This document shows, piece after piece, positions 29,603 through 40,560 of a stretch of DNA of 64,000 nucleotides (its first letter is position 1; each line of letters opens with the position of its first letter). Source of the DNA: an uncultured Candidatus Rokubacteria bacterium (GTDB lineage: Bacteria > Methylomirabilota > Methylomirabilia > Rokubacteriales > CSP1-6); assembly GCA_963789955.1 (NCBI GenBank), contig CAWBMV010000037.1:384001-448000 (forward strand), in the 5' to 3' direction. The position numbers and the translations under genes were made by a program. The notes beneath the pieces are model-generated. The model made no database searches. It was not told the origin of the DNA and was given only the letters and a program-made list of their open reading frames with translations.

Positions 29603-30379
29603 ATGAGCGCCCAGAACGGAACGCCAATGATCTTCCCGAGCCGACGCGACCCCCGGGCCAAGTGGCTGGAGTGCACGAGCCGTCTGGAATCTTGCGTGAC
29701 GCTCGACGAGCTGGCTCCCAAGCTCGTCGACGCGGTCGGGCAGGTCCTCGGCGCCACCGGCGCCGTCCTCTATCTCGCGGATCCCGGCGATGGCGGACTG
29801 CGCGCGGCCGCGGCCGTCGGCACCGGCTGTCCGGCGCCGACACTTGCCGACGACGATCACGCGCCGTTCGTGCCGCTCCTGCGGGGGCACGCGCCCGTGG
29901 TACTCGAGAACGGCTCGGCCGCCGCCTGGTGCTGGCTGACGGAAGCGCGGGTGTTCACCGAGGGGTCGGCGATCGTGCCGCTTCGCTGGCGTGATGAGCC
30001 GATCGGCGCGCTCGTGCTCGGCGAGCCGGTCGGCAATCCCTACTCGCCTGACGATCTCGAGCTCATGGCCGCCATCGGCGAAGAGGCCGCCGGCCTCCTC
30101 GTCGCCGCCCAGCTCTCGGAGAGCCGCACTCGCGCGCGCGAGCTCGAGGCGTTCCACCGGTTCACGTCGTTCGTGGTCCACGATCTCAAGAGCTCGATCG
30201 CGACGCTCTCGACCCTGAGCGAGAACGCGCTGAAGCGCTTCGACGACCGCGACGTCCAGCGCGACGCGCTCAACACGGTCGCCCAGACCGTGAATCGCAT
30301 GAAGTCGATGCTCGGGCGCCTCCAGGACGGAGCGGGCACGACCGTCTCCCTGCGCCTCCCATTCGGAGGGCGAACATGA
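29603..30379 (+). CDS. GAF plus HisKA protein, PrsK-like but lacking the ATPase and TM domains
   Basis: GAF domain, then LEAFHRFTSFVVHDLK...NA...DALNTV...VNRMKSML; stop follows the DHp helix and overlaps the next ATG. Confidence 0.75.
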   Translation: MSAQNGTPMIFPSRRDPRAKWLECTSRLESCVTLDELAPKLVDAVGQVLGATGAVLYLADPGDGGLRAAAAVGTGCPAPTLADDDHAPFVPLLRGHAPVVLENGSAAAWCWLTEARVFTEGSAIVPLRWRDEPIGALVLGEPVGNPYSPDDLELMAAIGEEAAGLLVAAQLSESRTRARELEAFHRFTSFVVHDLKSSIATLSTLSENALKRFDDRDVQRDALNTVAQTVNRMKSMLGRLQDGAGTTVSLRLPFGGRT

Positions 30380-31725
30380 AGCCGAAGCTACTCATCGTCG
30401 AGGACGAAGAGGCCATCCGCACGGAGCTGAGGTCGGCGCTGCGCGACGACTTCACGCTCGTCTTCGCCGAGGGCCGCGCCGAGGCGCTCTCGGCGCTCGC
30501 GTGCGAGCAGCCGGCGGTCGTCAGCCTCGACCTCGGACTGCCGCCCCATCCGGAGAGCTCGGAGTACGGGCTGGAGACGCTCGCCCAGATCATGAAGACC
30601 GCGCCGGCCACCAAGGTCGTGGTCGTCAGCGAGAACGGCGGCCGCGACAGCGCGATTCGCTCGGTCCAGCTCGGCGCGTTCGACTACCATCAGAAGCCCG
30701 TCCAGCTGCAAGACCTGAAGGTCGTGCTCCAGCGGGCGGTCCATCTCGGGACGCTCGAGGCCGAAGCCGAGAAGCGCGCGAACGAGGCCGCGATCGAGTT
30801 CGCCGACATGCTGGGACACACGCCCGCGATGCGCGAGATCTTCGCGGTCGTGAGCCGCATCGCGCGGACCGACGTCACCGTGCTGATCCAGGGCGAGAGC
30901 GGCACGGGCAAGGAGCTCCTGGCGCGGGCCGTCCATGCCAACAGCGCGCGGAGCCACCGGCCGTTCGTGGCGATCAACTGCGGCGCGATCCCGGACACCT
31001 TGCTCGAGTCCGAGCTGTTCGGCCACGAGCGCGGCGCCTACACCGGCGCGCACACGCAGCGAAAGGGCAAGCTCGAGCTGGCGGACGGCGGCACGCTCTT
31101 CCTCGACGAGGTCGGCGAGATGAGCCCGCCGTTGCAAGTCAAGCTCCTCCGCTTTCTGCAGCAGCGCGAGCTCGAGCGCGTCGGGGGCCGCGAGGTGCTT
31201 CGCGTCGACGCCCGCGTGGTCGCCGCGACCAACAAGGACTTGAAGAGCGAGCTCCAGGCGCGGCGGTTCCGTGAGGATCTCTTCTATCGTCTCTCGGTCG
31301 TGAACCTGACCCTCCCGCCGCTGCGCGAGCGCGCGGAGGACATCGTGATCATCGCCAACGCGCTGCTCCAGCGGAGCTGCAAGGCGCACCGGCGGAAGCT
31401 CCGCTTCGGCGGCTCGGCGCTCGAGGCCATCGTCCACCATCCCTGGCCCGGCAACGTCCGCGAGCTCGAGAACGCCGTCGAGCGGGCGGTCCTGATGGCC
31501 GGCGGCAAGGTCGTGGAAGCCCGCGACCTCGGCATCGAAGTCAAGGATCGCCCCGCCACGTCCCTCCGAGAGTCTCGCGACCGGGCGGAGCGGGGTGCCC
31601 TGGTGGAAGCGCTCGTCAAGACGCGCGGGAATATCACCCAGGCCTCCCGCCTGCTGGCGGTGAGCCGCCCGACCATGCACGGACTGATCGGCCGCTACGA
31701 TCTCAGCGCGCGGGATTTTCGGTAG
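30376..31725 (+). CDS. PrsR-like sigma-54 response regulator
   Basis: KPKLLIVED, LDLGLPP, GESGTGKE, GAYTGA, WPGNVREL, SRPT HTH. Confidence 0.88.
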   Translation: MKPKLLIVEDEEAIRTELRSALRDDFTLVFAEGRAEALSALACEQPAVVSLDLGLPPHPESSEYGLETLAQIMKTAPATKVVVVSENGGRDSAIRSVQLGAFDYHQKPVQLQDLKVVLQRAVHLGTLEAEAEKRANEAAIEFADMLGHTPAMREIFAVVSRIARTDVTVLIQGESGTGKELLARAVHANSARSHRPFVAINCGAIPDTLLESELFGHERGAYTGAHTQRKGKLELADGGTLFLDEVGEMSPPLQVKLLRFLQQRELERVGGREVLRVDARVVAATNKDLKSELQARRFREDLFYRLSVVNLTLPPLRERAEDIVIIANALLQRSCKAHRRKLRFGGSALEAIVHHPWPGNVRELENAVERAVLMAGGKVVEARDLGIEVKDRPATSLRESRDRAERGALVEALVKTRGNITQASRLLAVSRPTMHGLIGRYDLSARDFR

Positions 31726-31849
31726 GCGCCGCTGACCGCCCTGATCTGTTCGCCCGCACAAATACAGGCCGTCCCGGCGCTGGCGTGTCAAAATCGACTC
31801 CGTTGACCCGGGAGCGTGCCGTCGGCCGCTCCAGCAAGGAGGATATGCC

Positions 31850-32845
31850 GTGAAATTCGTCATCGCCTGCTCCATGGCCCTTGTGGTGCTTCTCGCGTGG
31901 ACCAGCCCGCCGGCCGCCGTCGAGGACATGGGGCTGATCACCGGAGGCGAGAAAGGCACCTACTATCAGTTCGGCCTCGATCTGCAGAAGCTCGTCAAGC
32001 CGGCCGGCATCAACCTGAACGTCTTCCCGTCGAAGGGCTCCATCGAAAACGTGTACGCGGTCTACCAGCGGCCGGGCGTTCCGATGGGCATCGTGCAGTC
32101 GGACGTGCTCGCGTTCGTCGCGCGCGTCCAGACCGACCCCGTGCTGCAGCGGATCGCGAAGAAGACGAAGATGGTCTTCCCGCTGTACAACGAGGAGATC
32201 CATCTGCTGGGCAAGAAGGGCATCACCGATTTCGACGACCTGGCCGGTCGGAAAGTCGCGGTCGGCCGTGACGGCAGCGGCACGTACCTCACCGCGCGCT
32301 TGCTCTTCAAGCTGTCGGAGGTCGCGCCCGCCGAGATGGTGCCGATCGACACGGGCGAAGCGCTCGCCGAGCTCAAGGCCGGCCGCATCGACGCGATGTT
32401 CTACGTGGCCGGCTACCCGGTGAAGCTCCTCAAGGAAGACGTCACGGACAAGGACGGGCTCGCGCTGATCCCGATCACCAACAAGAGCGTCCTCGAGTTC
32501 TACCCGCAGGCCGAGATTCCGGCCGGGACGTATCCGTGGCAGACGACGGCGATCAACACCGCGGCGGTCAAGGCGGTCCTCGTGTCCTTCGACTTCCGCC
32601 GCCGCGATTGCGACAACGTCGGCCGCTTCGCGCAGCTCATGTCGCGGGGACTCGACTCCCTGCAGAAGAACGGCCACGCGAAGTGGAAGGCGGTCGACTT
32701 CAACTATCCGCTCCGCGGCTGGGAGCAGTACGACTGCGTGCGGAAGGCGCTCGGGAAGGCCGCGCCGGCGCCCAGCGCGTCCGGGGCGACGCGCAGCGGG
32801 CAGAATCCCGTCTTCGACGCCATCAAGGGCGCGCTCGACCAGTAG
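31850..32845 (+). CDS. TAXI family TRAP solute-binding protein
   Basis: Signal peptide, TGGEKGTYY, SKGSIEN, IVQSD, LYNEEIH, GSGT. Confidence 0.88.
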   Translation: MKFVIACSMALVVLLAWTSPPAAVEDMGLITGGEKGTYYQFGLDLQKLVKPAGINLNVFPSKGSIENVYAVYQRPGVPMGIVQSDVLAFVARVQTDPVLQRIAKKTKMVFPLYNEEIHLLGKKGITDFDDLAGRKVAVGRDGSGTYLTARLLFKLSEVAPAEMVPIDTGEALAELKAGRIDAMFYVAGYPVKLLKEDVTDKDGLALIPITNKSVLEFYPQAEIPAGTYPWQTTAINTAAVKAVLVSFDFRRRDCDNVGRFAQLMSRGLDSLQKNGHAKWKAVDFNYPLRGWEQYDCVRKALGKAAPAPSASGATRSGQNPVFDAIKGALDQ

Positions 32846-32890
32846 GCTCGATCGACACGCGCCTCGTCGGCGCGGCTGAGTCCCCGAGGA

Positions 32891-33886
32891 TCAGACGCCG
32901 ACGAGGTGCAGCAGAAACCAGGTCGCGGCGGCCACGATCGCCGACGCGGGAATCGTCAGGATCCACGCCCAGAGGATCTGCCCCGCCACGCCCCAGCGGA
33001 CGGCCGAGAAGCGCTGAATCGCGCCCGACGCCCATGATCGAGCCGCTGATCGTCTGGGTCGTGCTGACCGGAATGCCGGCGATGGCGGTACCGAGCAGGG
33101 TGATCGCGCCCGCCGTCTCCGCGCAGAAGCCGCCCACCGGCCGCAGCTTCGTGATCCGCATCCCCATGGTCTTCACGATCCGCCAGCCGCCGGCCATCGT
33201 GCCCAGGCCGAGCGCGGCGTGCGCCGAGAGGATGACCCAGAACGGCACGTAGAAGTCGGCGCCGAGGTGGCCGGTGGTGAAGAGGAGCACCGCGATGATC
33301 CCCATCGTCTTCTGGGCGTCGTTGGTGCCGTGGCCCAGGCTGTAGGCGGCGGCCGACAGGAGCTGGCCGCGCCGGAAGACCTTGTCGACCCGTCCGGGCG
33401 TCTCGCTGCTTGAAGACGTTGAGCACCAGCACCATCATCGCGAAGCCGACGACCAGGCCGATCAGCGGCGCCAGGATCATGAACGCGCCGATCTTGACGA
33501 GGCCGCTCGCGACGAGCGAGCCGAAGCCCGCCTTGACGACGGCCGCGCCGGCGAAGCCGCCGATCAGCGCGTGGGAGGAGCTGGTCGGCAGTCCCCAGTA
33601 CCCACGTGATCAGGTCCCACACGATCGCGCCGACGAGCCCCGCCAGGATCACCCACTGGTCGACCACCGCGGTCTCGACGACGCCCTTGCCCACCGTGCG
33701 CGCCACGCTCACGCCGAAGCCGAACGCGGCGACGAAGTTGAAGAACGCCGCCCAGACGACCGCCTGCAGCGGCGACAGCACGCGGGTCGACACGACGGTG
33801 GCGATCGAGTTGGCGGCGTCGTGGAAGCCGTTGATGAAGTCGAAGACGAGCGCGACGAAGATGATGACGACGACGAGCGTGAGCAC
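32891..33886 (-). CDS. pit: PiT family inorganic phosphate transporter (several frameshifts)
   Basis: FDFINGFHDAANSIATVVSTR, SSSHALIGG, GHGTNDAQK, GGWRIVKTMG, PVSTT. Confidence 0.9.
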
Positions 33887-33900
33887 CGGTCAGTTCGCGA

Positions 33901-34519
33901 TCAGGCCATCTTGAGGATGATCCCCTCGATCACGTTGGCGACGTCCTCGCACCGGTCGGTCACGATCTCCATCGTCTCGTAGATCTCTTTCCACTTGATG
34001 ACCTCGATGGGATCGCTCGCCTCGTCGAACATCGCGGCGAGGCTGTCGCGCAGCAGCACGTCGGCGGTGTTCTCGAGGCGGTTCACCTCGACGGTGTGCT
34101 CGTGAAAGCCGGGGTCCATGGTCCGCAGGCACTTGATGGTGCGGTCCATCGCGTGGGTGGTGTTCACGATGACCTCGGCCATCGCCCGGCAGGCCGAGGT
34201 CGGCTCCTTGATGCGGTAGACGACCAGTCGCTCGGCGGCCGCCTCGATGTAGTCGAGCACGTCGTCGAGACGCGAGGCCAGCTCGTGGATGTCCTCGCGG
34301 TCGATCGGCGTGATGAAGCGTCGTGTTCAGCTTCTTGATGATCTCGTGCGTCGTGTGGTCGCCCTGGTGCTCGACTTCCTTGATCGCGTGGGCCTTGGCC
34401 CGCGCATCGCCGAAGTTGTGGACCATCTCGTGCAGCAAGGCGGCGGCCCGGATGATGTGCTGGGACTGCTGCTCGAAGTAGTCGAAGAACCGAACTTCCT
34501 TCGGGATCAGGTTGAACAT
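33901..34519 (-). CDS. DUF47 / PhoU-like phosphate transport regulator (frameshift near 34320)
   Basis: MFNLIPKE..FFD, EHQGD, ITPIDREDI, LENTAD, IKWKEIYE, DRCEDVAN; upstream of pit. Confidence 0.88.
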
Positions 34520-34594
34520 TGACCCGAGCCCGAGTGTAACGGAAACGTCACAATTGCGCCACCGGAAGTGACCGGACGCGGCGGGCACCGCCCG

Positions 34595-35451
34595 CTAGCC
34601 CTTCCTCAGCGCGAGCGGAGGAAGCCCGAGCATCGCCGCCCGCGCGAGCCGCCAGCACCCCTCGACGGCGTCGAGCAACGCGGGCGCGCTCGGCGCCAGG
34701 CAGCGGACGAGGGCACCGCGGCGCGGCAACACGGCCACCCCGACCTTCGTCGCGCCGCCGCTCGCATCGAGGCTCCCGACGTCGGCCGCGAAGCGGTCGC
34801 GGTCGAATGCGCCGACGACCGCGATCGAGGCGAAGTACGGACGCGACTCGGTAAACCCGGGTCCATCGAACGCGGGATCGTCCTTCCGCGTCGGCCCGCG
34901 CAGGACGAATCGGTCGTGCAGAAGCCAGCCGCCCGGGTCGCGGATCGAGATCGCGCTCTCGAGCAGGGCGAATCGCCACGATTCGCCGGCCGCCACCCGT
35001 CCGGCGGCAAAGGCGTCGACGAGGATGAGCCCGGCGGTCTCGTCGAGCTCGACATCGATGGCCTGACGCAGTGCCGAGCCCGCGAACGGGATGGTGTGGT
35101 CGGGCACCCACTCGACGACCGCGCGCGGGCCGATCGAGAGCCGCACGGTCTGAACGGTCGGCTCACCCTCGGCGCGATACACGCGGGTGGCCGAGGGCGT
35201 CGTGAGCACCGCGTGAGCGCCGGCGCCGGCCTGGACGTCGATCTCGAGTCGATCGCCGCCGACGAGACCACCGGTCGGATTCAAGATCGAGACGACCGCG
35301 GCCGGGTCGTCGAGCGCCATCGGAGCCAGGACCTGGAGCGGCAAGGTGAATCGGCATCCCGCGACGACGGTCGCCGGACCGCGCCGAGCGAAGCCGAGCC
35401 GCAGCGCGCCGTCGCGACCGACGCGGGCGGCGCCGAGCGCTGTGCCGGCCC

Positions 35452-35455
<4 letters not shown>
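34595..35455 (-). CDS. ureD: Urease accessory protein UreD
   Basis: [28 protein letters not shown]; within the urease operon. Confidence 0.9.
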
Positions 35456-36074
<619 letters not shown>

Positions 36075-36078
<4 letters not shown>

Positions 36079-36767
36079 GATCTGAATAGCCTCATGTCGA
36101 GCGCCGCGTGACGGATGCCCGCGAGCTCGAGCGCTGGATTGAAGCTCCAGAGATCGTCCACGGTCGCCGTCGCCGCCGCGGCGGCCAAACGCTCGATCCG
36201 GCCTCGCATCGCGGCCAGCACTCGCTGGCCGTCGAGCTGACCGAGCGCGATGAGCCTGAGGCCCGCGCCGACCAGCAGCGCCGCGGTGGAGTAAAGATAG
36301 GCCGCGGCCGCGCGCTCGGGCTCGGCGCCGCCGCGGCCGACGGCCGCGCCGAACACGGTCGCGTGATGAGCGGCCGCCCGATCGTCATCGACGGCGCGCG
36401 CCAGCCGGGCGAGAAATGGGTCATCGCCGAGGCCGGCGGCGACGCGCAGCGCCTGACGGCCCATCTGGCGACTCGCGGCTCGGAACTCCGGGACCGTCTT
36501 CATCGCGTCGAGGCGCGCGTCGAGCGCGAGCCATTCGTGCGACTCGTCGCGCCGGGCGACGCCGACGGCGATCGCGGCGGCCGCGGCATCGGCCGGTCCG
36601 GCCGAGCCATCGAGGTGCGCCGCGACGAACATCTCGAGATCGTGCCGATCGCGAACGCGCCCGTCCTGCACGTAGGTTTCGAGCCCGAACGAGTGGGCGA
36701 AGCCGCCGGCCGGGAAGAGTCCGTCCGAGAACTGCAGCAAGGTCAGGAGCGCTGGATCAGCGGTCAT
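36075..36767 (-). CDS. ureF: Urease accessory protein UreF
   Basis: [22 protein letters not shown]-terminal H...RLFRS. Confidence 0.95.
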
Positions 36768-37197
36768 GGCGCTGGGCTTTTCCGATCGGCGTGAAGACCG
36801 CGCGCACCCGCTCGTAGTGGACGCCCATCCGCGTCAGGAGGATGTCCATCCCGGGATCGTCGGGCACCAGCAGCCGCTCCCCATCGATCGCCAGGTTGAA
36901 GTGGCGATTGCCCACCTCGAACGCCACCCGCAGCGCCTCTTCGCGCGACGCCGGCATGACCGCGAAGCACGGCTCCGCCGCGCACTCGACCGCCACGAAC
37001 CAGTCCGCGCCGACGTACAGCACCGCGCCCGGCATCAGCACGCTCCCCGTCGGCAACGCCAGCGCCAACGTCCGTCCCGCGCTCGTCGTCACCCGCCGCC
37101 GCCCCCACCGCCGCTCTTCCGCGGTCAGCACGAGCGTGTCCCGCTCCCGCCCCGCCAGCTCCGCATCCGCGACGCGAGCCGGCAGCGCGGTGATCAC
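36757..37197 (-). CDS. ureE: Urease accessory protein UreE (no His-rich tail)
   Basis: GGAGG then GTG at 37197; ERRWGRRR, AFEVGNRH; frame is open further upstream to an ATG at 37392. Confidence 0.88.
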   Translation of the reverse strand: MITALPARVADAELAGRERDTLVLTAEERRWGRRRVTTSAGRTLALALPTGSVLMPGAVLYVGADWFVAVECAAEPCFAVMPASREEALRVAFEVGNRHFNLAIDGERLLVPDDPGMDILLTRMGVHYERVRAVFTPIGKAQRHDR

Positions 37198-37321
37198 GAC
37201 AACCTCCGCGCCCGCAGCGCGCTCTGCAGAAGCAGCAGAAGCTGAAGAAAGCCGAGTCAGCTGAACACAACGAAGCAGAATCAGCCGACATGCCGCACGC
37301 GCAGTAACGGGCTGACTGCTA

Positions 37322-37392
37322 GAACGATCGAGCCCCAAGCTCGATCGTTCCGCGAATGGGGGGGTATGGGGGGCCATTTCGTGGCCCCCCAT
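37322..37392. repeat. Two adjacent palindromes in the ureC-ureE spacer
   Basis: GAACGATCGAGC-N5-GCTCGATCGTTC and ATGGGGGGCCA-TTTCG-TGGCCCCCCAT. Confidence 0.75.
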
Positions 37393-39110
37393 CAAAACAA
37401 GAAATACCGCTGGGCCATCGGCAGGACTCTCGCCGGCTCGCACGTGATCACCGCGCCGTCGACGCGCACCTGATAGGTCTCCGGATCGACCTCGATCCGC
37501 GGCAGCGCGTCGTTGTGGATCATGTCGCGCTTGCTGAGCCCGCGACAGCGACTGACCGCGACCGCCCGCCGGGTGAGCCCGAGCCGCTGCGGCACCCCGT
37601 CGGCGAGCGCGGCCGCCGAGACGAACGTCAACGCCGTCGAGCCGACGGCGCGGCCGAACGCTCCGAACATCGGCCGATAGAGCACCGGCTGCGGCGTCGG
37701 GATCGACGCGTTCGGGTCGCCCATGGCCGCCCAGGCGATGAGGCCGCCCTTGACCACCATCTCGGGCTTGACGCCGAAGAACGCGGGCTTCCAGAGCACG
37801 AGATCGGCCAGCTTGCCGACCTCGACCGAGCCGACGTGGCTCGACAGGCCGTGCGCGATCGCCGGGTTGATCGTGTACTTCGCCACGTAGCGCTTCACGC
37901 GCAGGTTGTCGTCGCCCGGCGTCTCGCCCGGCAGCGGTCCGCGCTGACGCTTCATCTTGTCGGCGGTCTGCCAGGTCCGGATGATGACCTCGCCGATCCG
38001 GCCCATCGCCTGGGAGTCCGACGACATCATGCTGATCGCGCCGAGATCGTGGAGCACGTCCTCCGCGGCGATCGTCTCGGCGCGGATGCGCGACTCGGCG
38101 AACGCGAGATCCTCGGGGATCCGCGCGCTCAGGTGGTGGCAGACCATCAGCATGTCGAGGTGCTCGTCCATCGTGTTCACGGTGAACGGCATCGTCGGGT
38201 TCGTCGAGGACGGCAGGCAGTTCGGCTCGCCGCACACGCGGATGATGTCCGGCGCGTGGCCGCCGCCGGCGCCTTCGGTGTGGTAGGTGTGGATCGTCCG
38301 CCCCTTGAAGGCACGGATCGAGTCCTCGACGAATCCGCTCTCGTTGAGTGTGTCCGTGTGAATGGCCACCTGCACGTCGAGCTCGTCGGCCACGCCGAGC
38401 GCGCAGTCGATGGCCGCCGGCGTCGTGCCCCAGTCTTCGTGCAGCTTGAGCCCGACGGCGCCGGCCACGATCTGCTCGCGCAGCGGATCGGGCGCCGAGG
38501 CGTTGCCCTTGCCGAGAAACCCGAGGTTCATCGGGAACGCTTCCGCCGCCTCGAGCATCCGGTGGATGTTCCAGGCCCCCGCCGTGCACGTCGTCGCGTT
38601 GGTCCCCGTCGCCGGACCGGTGCCGCCCCCGAGCAACGTGGTGAGCCCGGCGCTGATCGCCTCGTCGATGAGCTGGGGACAGATGAAGTGGATGTGCGAG
38701 TCGAGCCCGCCCGCCGTGACGATCTTCCCTTCCCCGGCGATCACCTCGGTCGAGGCGCCCACCACCATCCCGTCGGTGACACCCGTCATCAGGTCGGGGT
38801 TGCCGGCCTTGCCGACGGCGACGATCCGGCCGTCGCGGATACCGATGTCCGCCTTCACGATCCCCCAGTGATCGATGATGACCGCGTTGGTGATCACGAG
38901 GTCCAGCGCGCCGGACGCCCGCGTGGCGCGAACCGCCTGGCCCATCCCGTCGCGGATCACCTTGCCGCCGCCGAACTTGGCCTCCTCGCCGGGTGTCGTG
39001 AGATCGCGCTCGATCCGGATGAAGAGCTCCGTGTCGGCCAGCCGCACGCGGTCGCCCGTCGTGGGGCCGTAGAGATCGGCGTACTGCCGCCGCGTCAGGC
39101 GGAGGGTCAT
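37392..39110 (-). CDS. ureC: Urease subunit alpha
   Basis: [54 protein letters not shown]. Confidence 0.98.
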   Translation of the reverse strand: MTLRLTRRQYADLYGPTTGDRVRLADTELFIRIERDLTTPGEEAKFGGGKVIRDGMGQAVRATRASGALDLVITNAVIIDHWGIVKADIGIRDGRIVAVGKAGNPDLMTGVTDGMVVGASTEVIAGEGKIVTAGGLDSHIHFICPQLIDEAISAGLTTLLGGGTGPATGTNATTCTAGAWNIHRMLEAAEAFPMNLGFLGKGNASAPDPLREQIVAGAVGLKLHEDWGTTPAAIDCALGVADELDVQVAIHTDTLNESGFVEDSIRAFKGRTIHTYHTEGAGGGHAPDIIRVCGEPNCLPSSTNPTMPFTVNTMDEHLDMLMVCHHLSARIPEDLAFAESRIRAETIAAEDVLHDLGAISMMSSDSQAMGRIGEVIIRTWQTADKMKRQRGPLPGETPGDDNLRVKRYVAKYTINPAIAHGLSSHVGSVEVGKLADLVLWKPAFFGVKPEMVVKGGLIAWAAMGDPNASIPTPQPVLYRPMFGAFGRAVGSTALTFVSAAALADGVPQRLGLTRRAVAVSRCRGLSKRDMIHNDALPRIEVDPETYQVRVDGAVITCEPARVLPMAQRYFLF

Positions 39111-39457
39111 GAGCGCCGCTCCCACGCCGCGAGCTTGGCCAGCGCCTGCTCGCGCGCGCCGCCTTCGGTCAGCCCGTTCAGGCCGAAGATCCGGCGGGCG
39201 CCGCCGAGCTCGACGAGCGTGACGCGCTTCTCGTCGCCGGGCTCGAAGCGCACGGCGGTGCCGGCCGGCACGTTGAGCCGCATCCCGAAGGCCTGAGCGC
39301 GGTCGAAGCGGAGCGCGCGATTGACCTCGAAGAAGTGGAAGTGTGAGCCGACCTGGATCGGACGGTCGCCCGTGTTCGCCACCGTCAGCTCGACGGTGCG
39401 GCGGCCCTGATTCGCGATGATGTCGCCCTCGCCCAGCAGATATTCGCCCGGAATCAC
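39107..39457 (-). CDS. ureB: Urease subunit beta
   Basis: [34 protein letters not shown]. Confidence 0.97.
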   Translation of the reverse strand: MIPGEYLLGEGDIIANQGRRTVELTVANTGDRPIQVGSHFHFFEVNRALRFDRAQAFGMRLNVPAGTAVRFEPGDEKRVTLVELGGARRIFGLNGLTEGGAREQALAKLAAWERRS

Positions 39458-40215
39458 GGTTGGCCTCCTTCGCTCAACAGCCGGTAGTAGAACGCGCTCG
39501 GATCGAGGGCGCCGTCGGCGCTGCGCGCGTAGCGCGGAATCACGCCGGCCAGGGTGTAGCCGACCGAGATGTAGAGCTGCTCGGACGGATCGCCCCGTCG
39601 CGTGTCGAGCACCAGGGTGGTGCGCCCGAGCCCGCGGGCGCGCTTCTCGATCGCCAGCATGAGCGCGCGCCCGATCCCGCGACGCCGCGCCTTCGTGTGA
39701 ACGATCACCTTCGCCACTTCCGCGCGATGCGATCCGTTCGGCCGGGTCGCCGGCAAGAGCTGCGCGGTGCCCACGAGCGTTCCGTCGGGCTCGCGCGCGC
39801 CCAGCAGCACGCAGGATCCGTCCCGCACCGCTTCGACGACGCCGCGCCAGTACGCCTCGCCTTCGGCATCGGCCAGCGGCGGCAGGAATCCGACCGACGC
39901 CCCCGAATCCACCGCGTCCTTGAGCAGCGCGAGCAATCCCGCCAGATTGCGGACGGTCTCCTCCGCCGTCAGCGCCTCGATCGATCGACCCGGCCGCGTT
40001 CCGATCTCGAGCTCAGGAAAGCACTCGCCGATCGGAACGTAGCCGCCGGGCACGCGGGGAGGGCGGGAGCCCCGACTGGCGAAGTGGGACCCCCTCGTCC
40101 CGCCCGCAGCGCGAAGCGCTGCGAATCGGGCGAGCGGGTGACGCAGCCAGCCGGGGCCCCCCCCTCCCCGCGTGCCCGGCGCCGCAACGCGACGAAACCG
40201 CAAAGCGCCCGACAT
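39454..40215 (-). CDS. GNAT acetyltransferase, Ttr-like; 5' part runs through a palindromic element
   Basis: [36 protein letters not shown]. Confidence 0.8.
   Translation of the reverse strand: MSGALRFRRVAAPGTRGGGGPGWLRHPLARFAALRAAGGTRGSHFASRGSRPPRVPGGYVPIGECFPELEIGTRPGRSIEALTAEETVRNLAGLLALLKDAVDSGASVGFLPPLADAEGEAYWRGVVEAVRDGSCVLLGAREPDGTLVGTAQLLPATRPNGSHRAEVAKVIVHTKARRRGIGRALMLAIEKRARGLGRTTLVLDTRRGDPSEQLYISVGYTLAGVIPRYARSADGALDPSAFYYRLLSEGGQP
40044..40181. repeat. 138-bp imperfect palindrome (MITE/REPIN-like)
   Basis: 20-bp perfect outer arms CGCCGGGCACGCGGGGAGGG and complement; central CGCAGCGC-GAA-GCGCTGCG hairpin. Confidence 0.8.
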
Positions 40216-40233
40216 GAGCTCGAAGACCGGAAG

Positions 40234-40536
40234 CTAGCGGATCGGATGGTGAATGGTGACGAGCTTGGTCCCGTCGGGGAACGTCCCCTCGACCTGGACC
40301 TCTTCGAGCATCTCGGGCACGCCTTCCATCACGTCGTCACGCCTGAGGATGTGGAGACCGGCCGACATCAGGTCCGAGACACTGCGGCCGTCGCGGATCC
40401 ACTCGAGAATCTCGGCGGTGATGAGCGCCAGCGCCTCGGGATAGTTCAGCTTGAGGCCGCGACTGCGGCGCCGGCGTGCCACTTCGGCCGCCGTGAAGAC
40501 GAGGAGCTTCTCCTGCTCGCGCGGGGTGAGGTGCAT
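40234..40536 (-). CDS. ureA: Urease subunit gamma
   Basis: [35 protein letters not shown]. Confidence 0.98.
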   Translation of the reverse strand: MHLTPREQEKLLVFTAAEVARRRRSRGLKLNYPEALALITAEILEWIRDGRSVSDLMSAGLHILRRDDVMEGVPEMLEEVQVEGTFPDGTKLVTIHHPIR

Positions 40537-40560
40537 CGTCGAGCCTCCTGACTCGCCTCG

